Positions 1 through 8,181 of a DNA stretch of 32,000 bases are shown piece by piece. The DNA comes from Xanthomonas campestris pv. campestris str. ATCC 33913 (lineage in GTDB: Bacteria; Pseudomonadota; Gammaproteobacteria; Xanthomonadales; Xanthomonadaceae), in contig NC_003902.1 in assembly GCF_000007145.1 (NCBI RefSeq), positions 310,325 to 342,324 of the forward strand, in the 5' to 3' direction. Made by a program: the position numbers and the translations under genes. The notes below the pieces were generated by a model, which saw only the letters and a program-made list of their open reading frames with translations, was not told where the DNA came from and searched no databases. Within the stretch, counting starts at the first letter, position 1; every line of letters starts with the position of its first letter.

Positions 1-1053
1 GGAAAACAGGATGCCGTTGTTGGCGATGATGCCAACCGGGTATCCATGCAGGTGCGCAAACCCGGTCACCAGGGTGCTGCCGTAGCGCGGCTTGAATTCG
101 TCCAGGCGCGAGTCGTCCACGATACGCGCGATCACTTCGCGCACGTCGTAGGGCCTGCGCGTATCAGCCGGAATCACGCCATACAATTCGTCGGCGGCAT
201 GCCGCGGCGGCAGCGGTGCCTGCACCGCCATGGAGAGCGCAGGCTTGCGCCAGTTGAGTTGCGCAATGATCGCGCGCACCCGTGCCAGCGCCTGTAGATC
301 GTTGTCGGCGAAATGATCGGCCACCCCGGAAATGCGCGTGTGCACATCCGCACCGCCCAATTCTTCAGCGCTGACTTCTTCACCGGTGGCGGCTTTGACC
401 AGGGGCGGGCCGCCGAGGAAGATGGTGCCCTGCTCGCGCACGATCACCGTTTCATCGCTCATCGCCGGCACGTACGCGCCGCCCGCGGTGCACGAGCCCA
501 TCACGCAGGCGATCTGCGGGATGCCTTGCGCAGATAGATTGGCCTGGTTGTAGAAGATGCGGCCGAAGTGATCGCGGTCCGGGAAGACCTCGTCCTGCAG
601 CGGCAGGAACGCACCGCCGGAGTCGACCAGATAGATGCACGGCAGCCGGTTCTGCTGCGCGATTTCTTGCGCGCGCAGATGCTTCTTCACCGTCATCGGG
701 TAATAGGTGCCGCCCTTGACGGTGGCATCGTTGGCCACGATCACGCATTCCACCCCGGACACGCGGCCGATCCCGGCCACCACGCCGGCGCAGGGCACCT
801 GATCGTCGTACATGCCATGCGCAGCCAGCGGCGCAATTTCCAGCAGCGCACCGCCCGGGTCCAGCAGTGCATCGATGCGCGCACGCACCAGCAATTTACC
901 GCGCGCGGTGTGCTTGGCACGGGCCGCCTCGCTGCCACCCAGCGCGGTGCGCGCCAGCGTGGCACGCAAGTCCTCGACCACCGCGCGCATCGCTGCCGCG
1001 TTGTGCTGGAAGCTCTCGCCGCCCACCTGCAGCTGGCTGTTGATCACGCTCAT
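1..1053 (-). CDS. liuB: Methylcrotonoyl-CoA carboxylase carboxyltransferase (beta) subunit. Only the N-terminal 351 codons are present; the 3' end runs off the window.
   Basis: My own minus-strand translation from the ATG (cat at 1051-1053) gives [33 protein letters not shown]...[50 protein letters not shown]...[19 protein letters not shown]. This is the acyl-CoA carboxylase carboxyltransferase pattern. It is absent from the ORF track because no stop lies inside the window. It starts 10 nt after the ivd stop. Confidence 0.9.
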   Translation of the reverse strand, partial: MSVINSQLQVGGESFQHNAAAMRAVVEDLRATLARTALGGSEAARAKHTARGKLLVRARIDALLDPGGALLEIAPLAAHGMYDDQVPCAGVVAGIGRVSGVECVIVANDATVKGGTYYPMTVKKHLRAQEIAQQNRLPCIYLVDSGGAFLPLQDEVFPDRDHFGRIFYNQANLSAQGIPQIACVMGSCTAGGAYVPAMSDETVIVREQGTIFLGGPPLVKAATGEEVSAEELGGADVHTRISGVADHFADNDLQALARVRAIIAQLNWRKPALSMAVQAPLPPRHAADELYGVIPADTRRPYDVREVIARIVDDSRLDEFKPRYGSTLVTGFAHLHGYPVGIIANNGILFS

Positions 1054-1063
1054 GATGGCTCCG

Positions 1064-2227
1064 TCAGGCAGTGCGTTCGAACAACTCGCGGCCGATCAGC
1101 ATGCGCCGGATTTCAGACGTGCCGGCGCCAATCTCGTACAGCTTGGCATCGCGCCACAACCGCCCGGTGGGGTACTCGTTGATGTAGCCGTTGCCGCCCA
1201 GCACCTGGATCGCTTGGCCGGTGAGCCAGGTGGCCTTCTCGGCGGCATACAGAATCGCGCCAGCCGCATCCTGGCGCGTGGTGCGGCCGGCATCGCAGGC
1301 GCGTGCCACGGCATAGACGTACGCACGGCACGCGTTGAGCCCCACGTACATGTCGGCCAGCTTGGCCTGCATCAGCTGGAAGGTGCCGATCGGCTCGCCA
1401 AACTGCTTGCGCTCGTGCACGTACGGCAGCACCACGTCCATGGCCGCGGCCATCAAGCCGAGTGGTCCACCCGCCAGCACCACGCGTTCGAAATCCAGCC
1501 CGGACATCAACACGCGCACGCCGCCGTTGAGCGTGCCCAGCACGTTTTCGGCCGGCACTTCGCAATCGGTGAACACCAGTTCGCAGGTGTTGGAGCCGCG
1601 CATGCCGAGCTTGTCGAGCTTCTGCGCGGTGGAAAACCCGGGCATGCCCTTTTCGACGATGAAGGCAGTGATGCCGCGCGCACCGGCGCTGGGGTCGGTC
1701 TTGGCGTACACCACCAGCACGTCGGCATCGGGGCCATTGGTGATCCACATCTTGCTGCCGTTGAGTACAAAGCGGTCGCCGCGTGCCTCGGCGCGCAGCT
1801 TCATCGACACCACGTCCGAGCCCGAACCGGCCTCGCTCATCGCCAGTGCGCCGACGTGCTCACCGGTGCACAGCTTGGGCAGGTAGCGCTGCTTCTGTTC
1901 GTGGGTGGCGTTCTTGCGCAGCTGGTTGAGGCACAGGTTGGAGTGCGCGCCGTAGGACAGCCCGATCGCACCGCCGGCACGCGAAATTTCTTCCATCGCC
2001 ACCACGTGCGCCAGGTAGCCCATGCCGCTGCCGCCGTATGCTTCTTCCACGGTCAGGCCCAGCAGGCCCTGCTCACCGAACAGCCGCCACAACTGCGCGG
2101 GGAAGACGTTGTCGTGATCGGCCGCCGCGGCAAGCGGGGCGATATGGTGGCTGGCGAAGGCGGCCACGCTTTCGCGCAGCAGATCGATGTCTTCGCCAAG
2201 CTCGAAATTCAAGGACGGCACATGCAT
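1064..2227 (-). CDS. ivd: Isovaleryl-CoA dehydrogenase (acyl-CoA dehydrogenase family)
   Basis: 387-aa ORF with ACAD motifs ([21 protein letters not shown]). It sits immediately upstream of the MCCase beta subunit in liu-operon order. Confidence 0.92.
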   Translation of the reverse strand: MHVPSLNFELGEDIDLLRESVAAFASHHIAPLAAAADHDNVFPAQLWRLFGEQGLLGLTVEEAYGGSGMGYLAHVVAMEEISRAGGAIGLSYGAHSNLCLNQLRKNATHEQKQRYLPKLCTGEHVGALAMSEAGSGSDVVSMKLRAEARGDRFVLNGSKMWITNGPDADVLVVYAKTDPSAGARGITAFIVEKGMPGFSTAQKLDKLGMRGSNTCELVFTDCEVPAENVLGTLNGGVRVLMSGLDFERVVLAGGPLGLMAAAMDVVLPYVHERKQFGEPIGTFQLMQAKLADMYVGLNACRAYVYAVARACDAGRTTRQDAAGAILYAAEKATWLTGQAIQVLGGNGYINEYPTGRLWRDAKLYEIGAGTSEIRRMLIGRELFERTA

Positions 2228-2328
2228 GAAACGGCTCCGCTAAGGATCGGGACGTGCCGGTGGGAGCGGGCAGGGCCGCGCGGCGTGGTGACCAGCGTAG
2301 CGGTCCTGATCGAAGAAGTGAACTAAAA

Positions 2329-2341
2329 TTCAACTATTGAA
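2329..2341. promoter_or_regulatory. Candidate TetR operator: TTCAA-CTA-TTGAA palindrome in the AT-rich ivd/TetR divergent region
   Basis: It is the only AT-rich patch (aactaaaattcaactattgaaccc) in the 128-bp divergent spacer. It has 5-bp inverted arms and lies 15 nt upstream of the TetR ATG. Confidence 0.3.
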
Positions 2342-2355
2342 CCCGAACTCATCTC

Positions 2356-2973
2356 ATGGCTTATCGACGCTCCGCCCTGATGGAAGAACGCCTGGCCGGC
2401 AACCGCGAACGCATCCTGCACGCGGCCCGTGCCCTGATCGCCGAGGGTGGTTACCGCAATGCGCCGGTCACCGCCGTGGCCGCGGCTGCCGGGGTTTCTA
2501 CCGGGCAGATTTACCGGCATTTCCCCTCCAAAGCCGACTTGTTCGTGGAAGTTTTGAATGCCGCCGTCCAGCATGAAATGGGCATCCTGCGCGCCATCAG
2601 CGCCGAGCCGGTGAGTGCGGCCGAGCGCCTGCGCAAGGCGATTGCCGCCTTCGTGCGGCGCGCGCTGGCTGGCCCGGCGCTGGCCTATGCCTTCATCGCC
2701 GAGCCGGTGGAGGGCGAAGTGGATGCCGAACGCATCCGCGGTCGGCGCCTGTTCGGCGAGGTCTTTCGCCAGTTGCTGGCCGAAGGCGTGGCGGCCGGCG
2801 AGTTTCCCGAGCAATCACTGGACGCCGCCGCGGCCTGCATCGTCGGCGCCTTCACCGAGGCGCTGGTCGGCCCGGTGGCGCCCAGCCGGCACGACCCGCA
2901 ACAGGGCGAGCAGCTGGTGGAAGCCATCTGCGGTTTCTGCCTGCGGGCGGCGGGAGCGCGCGGGCCGGGCTGA
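2356..2973 (+). CDS. TetR-family transcriptional regulator, probably the liu/ivd regulator
   Basis: N-terminal HTH (RERILHAARALIAEGGYRNAPVTAVAAAAGVSTGQIYRHFPSKADLF). It is divergent from ivd. An alternative start lies at 2380 (MEERL). Confidence 0.85.
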   Translation: MAYRRSALMEERLAGNRERILHAARALIAEGGYRNAPVTAVAAAAGVSTGQIYRHFPSKADLFVEVLNAAVQHEMGILRAISAEPVSAAERLRKAIAAFVRRALAGPALAYAFIAEPVEGEVDAERIRGRRLFGEVFRQLLAEGVAAGEFPEQSLDAAAACIVGAFTEALVGPVAPSRHDPQQGEQLVEAICGFCLRAAGARGPG

Positions 2974-3001
2974 CAGCGCGCTGACTGTGCCGCGGCTGTG
3001 C

Positions 3002-3031
3002 TTCACCAGTGCGATTTGCTGTGCATATACT
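3002..3031 (+). promoter_or_regulatory. Putative sigma70 promoter of the TA pair: -35 TTCACC (3002-3007), 18-nt spacer, -10 TATACT (3026-3031), overlapped by the direct repeat CTGTGCA-N4-CTGTGCA
   Basis: Sequence cttcaccagtgcgatttgctgtgcatatactgtgcactc lies about 28 nt upstream of the antitoxin ATG. The repeat is a plausible autoregulation operator. Confidence 0.3.
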
Positions 3032-3058
3032 GTGCACTCACCTTGCCGGAGCCGCGCG

Positions 3059-3433
3059 ATGGTTGCTGTCCTCAACCCCCTGGCCCTGACCGAACGCCTA
3101 CGCGTGCCGGACCGGACCATCCTCTCGCCATCGGCGATGGCCGGCCTGCTGGATCTCTCCCAACAGGAACTGGCCGAACTCGCTGGCGTGCACCGCAACA
3201 GCCTGCGGGTGCACCCGGAAAGCCCGCGCGTGCAGGACTTGCTACGCAATCTTTCGCGCCTGCTGGTGGCAATGGCGCAGATCCAGCCGGATGAGCGCCA
3301 ACTGGTGTTTCATTTGAAAAACACCCCGATCCCGGCGTTCGAATTCGCCACCTTGCTGGAGGTGGTCAAGCAGGGCCGCACCGACGATGCGCTGACCTAT
3401 CTGCGCACCGTGGCCGCCGGAGCGGCTGGTTGA
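3059..3433 (+). CDS. Xre/MbcA/ParS-type antitoxin (DUF2384-like) of a RES toxin system
   Basis: The 124-aa C-terminal part of track ORF 2615..3433. The first 148 codons of that ORF overlap the TetR gene out of frame and were trimmed to the ATG at 3059. The sequence (MAGLLDLSQQELAELAGVHRNSLRV...FEFATLLEVVKQGRTDDALTYL) fits the HTH-like plus DUF2384 architecture. Its stop overlaps the toxin start (TTGA). Confidence 0.75.
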   Translation: MVAVLNPLALTERLRVPDRTILSPSAMAGLLDLSQQELAELAGVHRNSLRVHPESPRVQDLLRNLSRLLVAMAQIQPDERQLVFHLKNTPIPAFEFATLLEVVKQGRTDDALTYLRTVAAGAAG

Positions 3434-3966
3434 AGCTGAGCGCCCCGGCGCAGTGCACCTTGTATCGCGCGTTCACCCCACGCTGGGCGGCCGAGCCGCT
3501 GAGCGGCGCCGGCGCGGCGCGCTCGGGTGGACGCTTCAACCGCTTTGGGCAGCCGGCGCTGTATCTGTCGCTGCACCTGGACACCGCCGCTGCCGAGTAC
3601 GCCCAGGCCGCGCCGTTCCTGCCGCCCTTCACCCTGGTGAGCTATCGCGCCGACCTGCCGGCACTGGCCGATGTGCGGCTGCTCGACGCGAGCTGGGATG
3701 CGCTGTGGGCCGACTGGACCGATGACTGGCGCAAGGCGCTGGTCAACAAGGTCGAACCGGTCAGCTGGGTGCTTGGCGACCTGCTGCGCGAGGCGGCGAT
3801 TCCCGGGGTGATCTTTCCCAGCATGGCGCAGCCTGGTGGCGTCAACGTGGCGCTGTTCCTGGACATGCTGCAGCCCGAGCAGGTGTTGCACGTGCTCGAC
3901 GATGGCCGGCTGCCGCGTGATGGGCGCAGCTGGGCAGACCCGGCGGCGGAACGTCCCCCGGAATAA
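3430..3966 (+). CDS. RES-domain toxin (NAD+-targeting MbcT/ParT/Res family)
   Basis: LYRAF...GAGAARSGGRFNRFGQPALYLS (Arg), DTAAAEY (Glu) and VIFPSMAQPGGVNVALF (Ser) match the R-E-S order and spacing. The TTG start at 3430 overlaps the antitoxin TGA. Confidence 0.8.
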   Translation: MKLSAPAQCTLYRAFTPRWAAEPLSGAGAARSGGRFNRFGQPALYLSLHLDTAAAEYAQAAPFLPPFTLVSYRADLPALADVRLLDASWDALWADWTDDWRKALVNKVEPVSWVLGDLLREAAIPGVIFPSMAQPGGVNVALFLDMLQPEQVLHVLDDGRLPRDGRSWADPAAERPPE

Positions 3967-4263
3967 CCCGGCGCTCGGCCCACCCGCTGATCGACACCGT
4001 GTGCGAAACAGGTCATGGATTGTTTCGGCGACATGAGCCTGGTGTGGGTCGATCAACCTCTCGGCAATTCGGCATTGCCGTACCGCCCGGCGACGTTGCG
4101 CTGAGACGCGGCACTGCATGCAGTGCGCCATGGCCTAACCACTACGCGCCTTTACCCAGCCAAGGTGTGGCCTGCACGATCGCCATGGCTGTGCCGCCTG
4201 TGCCATCGGAAGTCACTCAGGCTTTCGCAACCGTCGCGCCGCGGTCGGCAGCAACGCCACGCG

Positions 4264-4599
4264 TCAGTGCAGCAGCGCGAACGCCATCCCGGCGACGACA
4301 GGTGCAGCAATGGCTGCCGGCAAGATCAGGCCGCGCCGGTACGGCAGCAACCACAGCGACAACACCGCCGCGCCTGCGCTCAGCGTGCCCAGCCACAGTA
4401 CGCTGCCGATGCCCCAGCCTTGCGCCGACACCGCCAGCGCAAAGGTGACCAGCAACAGCAGCCATCCCAGCGCGCGCAACTGACGTGAGCGGGTCATGCC
4501 CAGCGCGCGCCCACGCACCTCGTGCTGGTGTTTTTCCATCGCCAGGCACAAGGCCGCGAAGCCGGAAAAATTCAAGGCCAGCAACAGCACTACGCTCAT
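4264..4599 (-). CDS. DUF3325-like small membrane protein; last gene of the PepSY operon
   Basis: 111 aa with 3-4 hydrophobic helices (MSVVLLLALNFSGFAALCLAMEKHQHEVRG...). Its ATG at 4599 overlaps the stop of the PepSY gene (ATGA). Track ORF 4264..5115 was trimmed. Confidence 0.7.
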   Translation of the reverse strand: MSVVLLLALNFSGFAALCLAMEKHQHEVRGRALGMTRSRQLRALGWLLLLVTFALAVSAQGWGIGSVLWLGTLSAGAAVLSLWLLPYRRGLILPAAIAAPVVAGMAFALLH

Positions 4600-6212
4600 G
4601 CGCCTTCCTGCACAGGCAGCGCGTTTTGCGGCGCAGGCGTGGCTTGCGCGCGGGCCTTGCGTGCCGCGGCGGATTGCGGCGCCTTCCAGTGCTGCAGGCG
4701 CCAGCCCGCGATGCCCAGGCACACGCCCAGGCCCAGGCACACCAGATCCACGCCGGCCAATGCCCATTGGCCTGCCGGCACGGTCACGCCGAGGTGCAGG
4801 TCGGTGGTCAGCGCGTTGAGCAGCGGCACCAACGCGAACAAGCCTGCGCCCAGGTACAGCTGCCAGCTCCACATCGCACGCCGCGGCCACACGAAGGCGG
4901 CGAGCAAGGCGCCACCCCAGGCGGCGAAGAACAGATGTGCTTCCATCGCCGCACGCGCTTCCAGCGCCACCGGCACCAGCCGGTTGGCCCAGAAAAACGC
5001 GGCGAACGCGATTGGCAGGCCGGCCACCGTGCCGATGTTGAGCGCGTCCACCAGGCGCAGCCCGAACCCGATGCGTCCAGCCTTGGCATGCTTGGGGCGT
5101 TCTTTCACGGCCCACATCACCACGCCGCTGGCCACCATCAGGCAGCCGAGCAGACCGGAACCGAAGAACAGCGCGCGCATCCAGCCACCGGCGAAATGAG
5201 CGATATGCAGGCCCACCATCACCCCGCGGGTCTGGCTGGCGCCGCCGGGCGCGCCGCTGTACTGCAGGCGTTGCCCGCTGACGGCGTCATAGAGGATGGA
5301 CGGCGCATCGTTGGATAGGTCGTCCGCCCGCTGGGTTACGCCCACCGCCGCATGCGCATCGTTGGGCAGCGATACCGCCACCGTGCCAACATCGTCGCCA
5401 CGCCAGTCGCTGCGCGCGCGCGCCACAAACTCCTCCAGCGGCCGCATGCGCGCCGGCGTGCCTGCCGCGGTGCGCGTGTCCGCGACGCGATTGGCGGACT
5501 CTTCGTAGAACCGCATTTCGTTGTCGGGGTACTGCGCCTTGATGCCCCACGGCAGGTACATGAACATCAAGGTCACGATGCCGGTATAGGTGATCATCGC
5601 GTGGTACGGCAACGCGGTCACCGCGCTGACGTTATGAAAATCCAGCCACGAACGCAGGCCTTTGCCCGGGCGGAACGTAAAGAAATCCTTGAAGATCTTT
5701 TTGTGGGTGATCACGCCGCTGATGATCGCCACCAGCATGAACATCGCGCAGAAGCCGACGATGTAACGCGCCCACACCACCGGCAGGTAATGCAGGTCGA
5801 AATGCAGCCGGTAGAAGAAATCCCCGCCCAGCGTGTCGCGCGCGCTGATCGGGTTGCCGGTGGCCGGGTCGATGATGGCGTTGCCATACAGCTCGCGTCG
5901 GCTGAGCGTCTTGCCCGGCGGCGGCGCGGGATTCTGCCAATACATGGTCACCACCGGCGTGCGCGCATCCGGCAGCGTGATGTTCCAGCTTTGCGCATCG
6001 GGCGCGTGCGTTTGCAGATAGCGCTCGGCGCTGCGCATTGCCACCGCGCTGCTCACCGTGGTGGTGGGCAGTTCCGGGCGCATCCAGCGGCTGAGTTCGT
6101 CGCGGTAATAACTCGCGGTACCGCCCATGAAGATCAGCAGCAACACCCAGCCCACCAGCAGCCCGGTCCAGGTGTGCAGCCATGCCATCGATTGGCGAAA
6201 CCCCTGCTTCAT
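4596..6212 (-). CDS. PepSY-associated TM-helix protein (FoxB/PiuB-like putative inner-membrane haem-dependent reductase)
   Basis: 538 aa starting at MKQGFRQSMAWLHTWTGLLVG. Conserved His-bearing helices are present (WLHTW, FYRLHFDLHY, LDFHNV...LPYHAM, GLHIAHFAGG). Its ATG at 6212 overlaps the stop of the upstream gene. Confidence 0.85.
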   Translation of the reverse strand: MKQGFRQSMAWLHTWTGLLVGWVLLLIFMGGTASYYRDELSRWMRPELPTTTVSSAVAMRSAERYLQTHAPDAQSWNITLPDARTPVVTMYWQNPAPPPGKTLSRRELYGNAIIDPATGNPISARDTLGGDFFYRLHFDLHYLPVVWARYIVGFCAMFMLVAIISGVITHKKIFKDFFTFRPGKGLRSWLDFHNVSAVTALPYHAMITYTGIVTLMFMYLPWGIKAQYPDNEMRFYEESANRVADTRTAAGTPARMRPLEEFVARARSDWRGDDVGTVAVSLPNDAHAAVGVTQRADDLSNDAPSILYDAVSGQRLQYSGAPGGASQTRGVMVGLHIAHFAGGWMRALFFGSGLLGCLMVASGVVMWAVKERPKHAKAGRIGFGLRLVDALNIGTVAGLPIAFAAFFWANRLVPVALEARAAMEAHLFFAAWGGALLAAFVWPRRAMWSWQLYLGAGLFALVPLLNALTTDLHLGVTVPAGQWALAGVDLVCLGLGVCLGIAGWRLQHWKAPQSAAARKARAQATPAPQNALPVQEGA

Positions 6213-6520
6213 GCCGCGCCCCGTTGCAGCCACGCAGCGGCTGCGAACATGGCCACGGCCGGCACGCCGATGCCGACCCAGGCGCGCAGCACGCTGGCAG
6301 TGGCAAACGCCCACAGCGGCGCGCAGGCACACACCACGATGCCCACCAGCATGCTGGTCAGCACCGCCTCGCTGCGCGGCATCGGCAGCACCACTGCGAG
6401 CAGCAGGTTGGTCGCGCTGGCCAGCGCATAGCCACCGCCGATCGCGGCCACGCTGCGCCCAAGCACACCCAGCCAGGGGCGCTTGAACCAGGGAGCGGGC
6501 AGGGGCGAAGCCATGGACAT
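6209..6520 (-). CDS. DUF3649-like small membrane protein
   Basis: 103 aa with three hydrophobic helices. It sits between DUF4198 and PepSY-TM, as is typical for this cluster. An alternative ATG lies at 6514. Confidence 0.65.
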   Translation of the reverse strand: MSMASPLPAPWFKRPWLGVLGRSVAAIGGGYALASATNLLLAVVLPMPRSEAVLTSMLVGIVVCACAPLWAFATASVLRAWVGIGVPAVAMFAAAAWLQRGAA

Positions 6521-6538
6521 GCGCAGGACGGTGGCGGC

Positions 6539-7186
6539 TTACTCGGCCAGGAAGGTCAGCGTGGTGATGTGGTGCACCACCGACACCGGCTTGCCGGCGA
6601 TCTCACGCGTCACCGGCTCCTTGTTGGTCACCACCATGATGTGGCGGCCAGCACGCAGTGTTGGCAGCGTCACCTGGCCCTGTGCATCGGAGGTCAGCGT
6701 CTTCTGCCACTTCTGCGGGTCGATCAGGGTGACCTCGGCCTTGGGCAGCGGCTTGTTGCGATACATCACCGTGAACGTCTTGCCGTTGGCGGTGGTGGGC
6801 ACCGGCTCGAAGTCGAGCTTGGCGCTGGTGCTGCTGCGGCCGGCGCGCGCGTAGTAGCTCACCGTCTCGAAGGTCTCGCCTTCGCCCTTCCACGGCTCGA
6901 ACACCGCATCGTCCTTGAGCCAGGCATCGCCGGCGCCGGACAGTGGCGCTGTCAGGTACTCGCTGCCGCGCTGCAGGGCACCGGCCTCGCCGGCGGCGCC
7001 GAACACGGTCGGCTTGACCACGCGCTTGATTTCGTCCTGGCCGTGGTCGAGGGTTTCCTGCGCCGGCTCACCGAAATAGATGCGGACCGGGCCGCTGCCG
7101 TCGCGCTCGATCCAGATCTCGTGGGCCTGCGCGGAGGACAGGCTGAGGCTGGCCGCGGCCAGGCAGGACAGCAGGAAGGATTTCAT
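6539..7186 (-). CDS. DUF4198-family periplasmic protein with signal peptide (NikM/CbiK-like beta-sandwich, metal-uptake associated)
   Basis: MKSFLLSCLAAASLSLSSAQA|HEIWIERDG. There is a signal peptide and a mature N-terminal HxxW motif. Track ORF 6539..7273 was trimmed to the ATG at 7186. Confidence 0.75.
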   Translation of the reverse strand: MKSFLLSCLAAASLSLSSAQAHEIWIERDGSGPVRIYFGEPAQETLDHGQDEIKRVVKPTVFGAAGEAGALQRGSEYLTAPLSGAGDAWLKDDAVFEPWKGEGETFETVSYYARAGRSSTSAKLDFEPVPTTANGKTFTVMYRNKPLPKAEVTLIDPQKWQKTLTSDAQGQVTLPTLRAGRHIMVVTNKEPVTREIAGKPVSVVHHITTLTFLAE

Positions 7187-7239
7187 CGGACACCTCGTCG
7201 AACGCGGGAGTGAGCGCGCTAAACGCGCCATCAGTGGAT

Positions 7240-7258
7240 GGTAATGATACGCAATTCC
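7240..7258. promoter_or_regulatory. Fur-box-like site
   Basis: GGTAATGATACGCAATTCC matches the 19-bp consensus GATAATGATAATCATTATC at 13 of 19 positions (hand alignment). It is the only AT-rich patch in the spacer and lies 54 nt upstream of the DUF4198 ATG. Confidence 0.35.
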
Positions 7259-7459
7259 CGCAACCGAGACCAACGCACATGCGGCGCTGCGGCATTTTTC
7301 GAGCGGCCGCGAGCGTGTCGCAACCTTGGATGCAACGCGTGCCCAGTCATTGCAAGGGGTGTTGCACAGAGCGCGACGCCGGGCGCGCAGAGCGGCGCGA
7401 ACTGTGCTCTATACTCCGGCGCTAGCAGAGGTCTTCGACCAACAGCCAGGGGTGAGCGC

Positions 7460-7978
7460 GTGCGGAATTACGACCTCGAGTTCCTGAAAAAATTCTCGAT
7501 GGTGATTGGCTTGCTGGTAGTGATCACTCTGGGCTTGATCGCCCTGGCGGCCTATCTGCAACGTGCGGTCCCCGATGAAGTGTCGCCCACAGCCGCCAAG
7601 CGCCTGCAGCAACGCATTGCGCCGGCCGGCGCGGTCTATGCAGGCACCACCGGCGCCGCGGCGCAGGCCGCCGCCCAGGCTGCGGCACTGGCCAAGGCCT
7701 CGTCGCAATCCGCCTACGGTGGCAGCACCGACGGCAAGACCATCTTCGACAACCTGTGCACCGCCTGCCACACCACCGGCGTGGGCAAGGCGCCGACGCT
7801 GGACCACTCGCATTGGGACGCGCGCATTGCGCAGGGCAAGGACACGCTCTACAAGCACGCGATCGAGGGCTATACCGGCCCGGATGGCGGCATCATGCCG
7901 GCCAAGGGCGGCAACCCCGCGCTTACCGAAGAACAAGTGCGCGCCACCGTGGACTGGATGCTGTCCAACCTGAAATAG
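7460..7978 (+). CDS. Membrane-anchored cytochrome c5-family mono-haem protein
   Basis: N-terminal TM helix (FSMVIGLLVVITLGLIALAAYL), an Ala-rich linker, and a CTACH haem-binding motif with a downstream Met (IMPAKG). A GTG start at 7460 follows AGGGG. An alternative ATG lies at 7499. Confidence 0.8.
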   Translation: MRNYDLEFLKKFSMVIGLLVVITLGLIALAAYLQRAVPDEVSPTAAKRLQQRIAPAGAVYAGTTGAAAQAAAQAAALAKASSQSAYGGSTDGKTIFDNLCTACHTTGVGKAPTLDHSHWDARIAQGKDTLYKHAIEGYTGPDGGIMPAKGGNPALTEEQVRATVDWMLSNLK

Positions 7979-8124
7979 GGGCTGTCCGCGCCAAAGCGCC
8001 ACGTGTCATCGCGCTTTGCATGCTTGGGCTAACGACAGCGGGTGCGTAACATTCGCTGCGGCGGTATGCGTCCGCAGCGATGGCCGGCGCACTGCGTCAT
8101 CCTGCGACTGCCGTGTCCTGCCTG

Positions 8125-8157
8125 CGCCGCCGTCCTGGCGGCGTTTGTGTTTGTCTT
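8125..8157 (+). terminator. Intrinsic-terminator-like hairpin (CGCCGCC-gtcct-GGCGGCG followed by TTTGTGTTTGTCTT), 25 nt upstream of the nuclease ATG
   Basis: 7-bp GC stem, 5-nt loop and a T-rich tail, read directly from the sequence. Confidence 0.45.
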
Positions 8158-8181
8158 CCCTTGAACGTGTGGAGTGTCTCG

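Noticed and set aside
812-2326. 504-aa + strand ORF covering the whole ivd gene
   Set aside because: It is antisense to a gene with unmistakable acyl-CoA dehydrogenase motifs. Its product is Ala/Arg/Gly-rich low-complexity sequence, which is the typical high-GC shadow ORF.
2615-3058. N-terminal 148 codons of track ORF 2615..3433
   Set aside because: They overlap the TetR gene out of frame and are Arg/Trp/Ser/Pro-rich. The antitoxin-like sequence begins only at the ATG at 3059, downstream of a plausible promoter.
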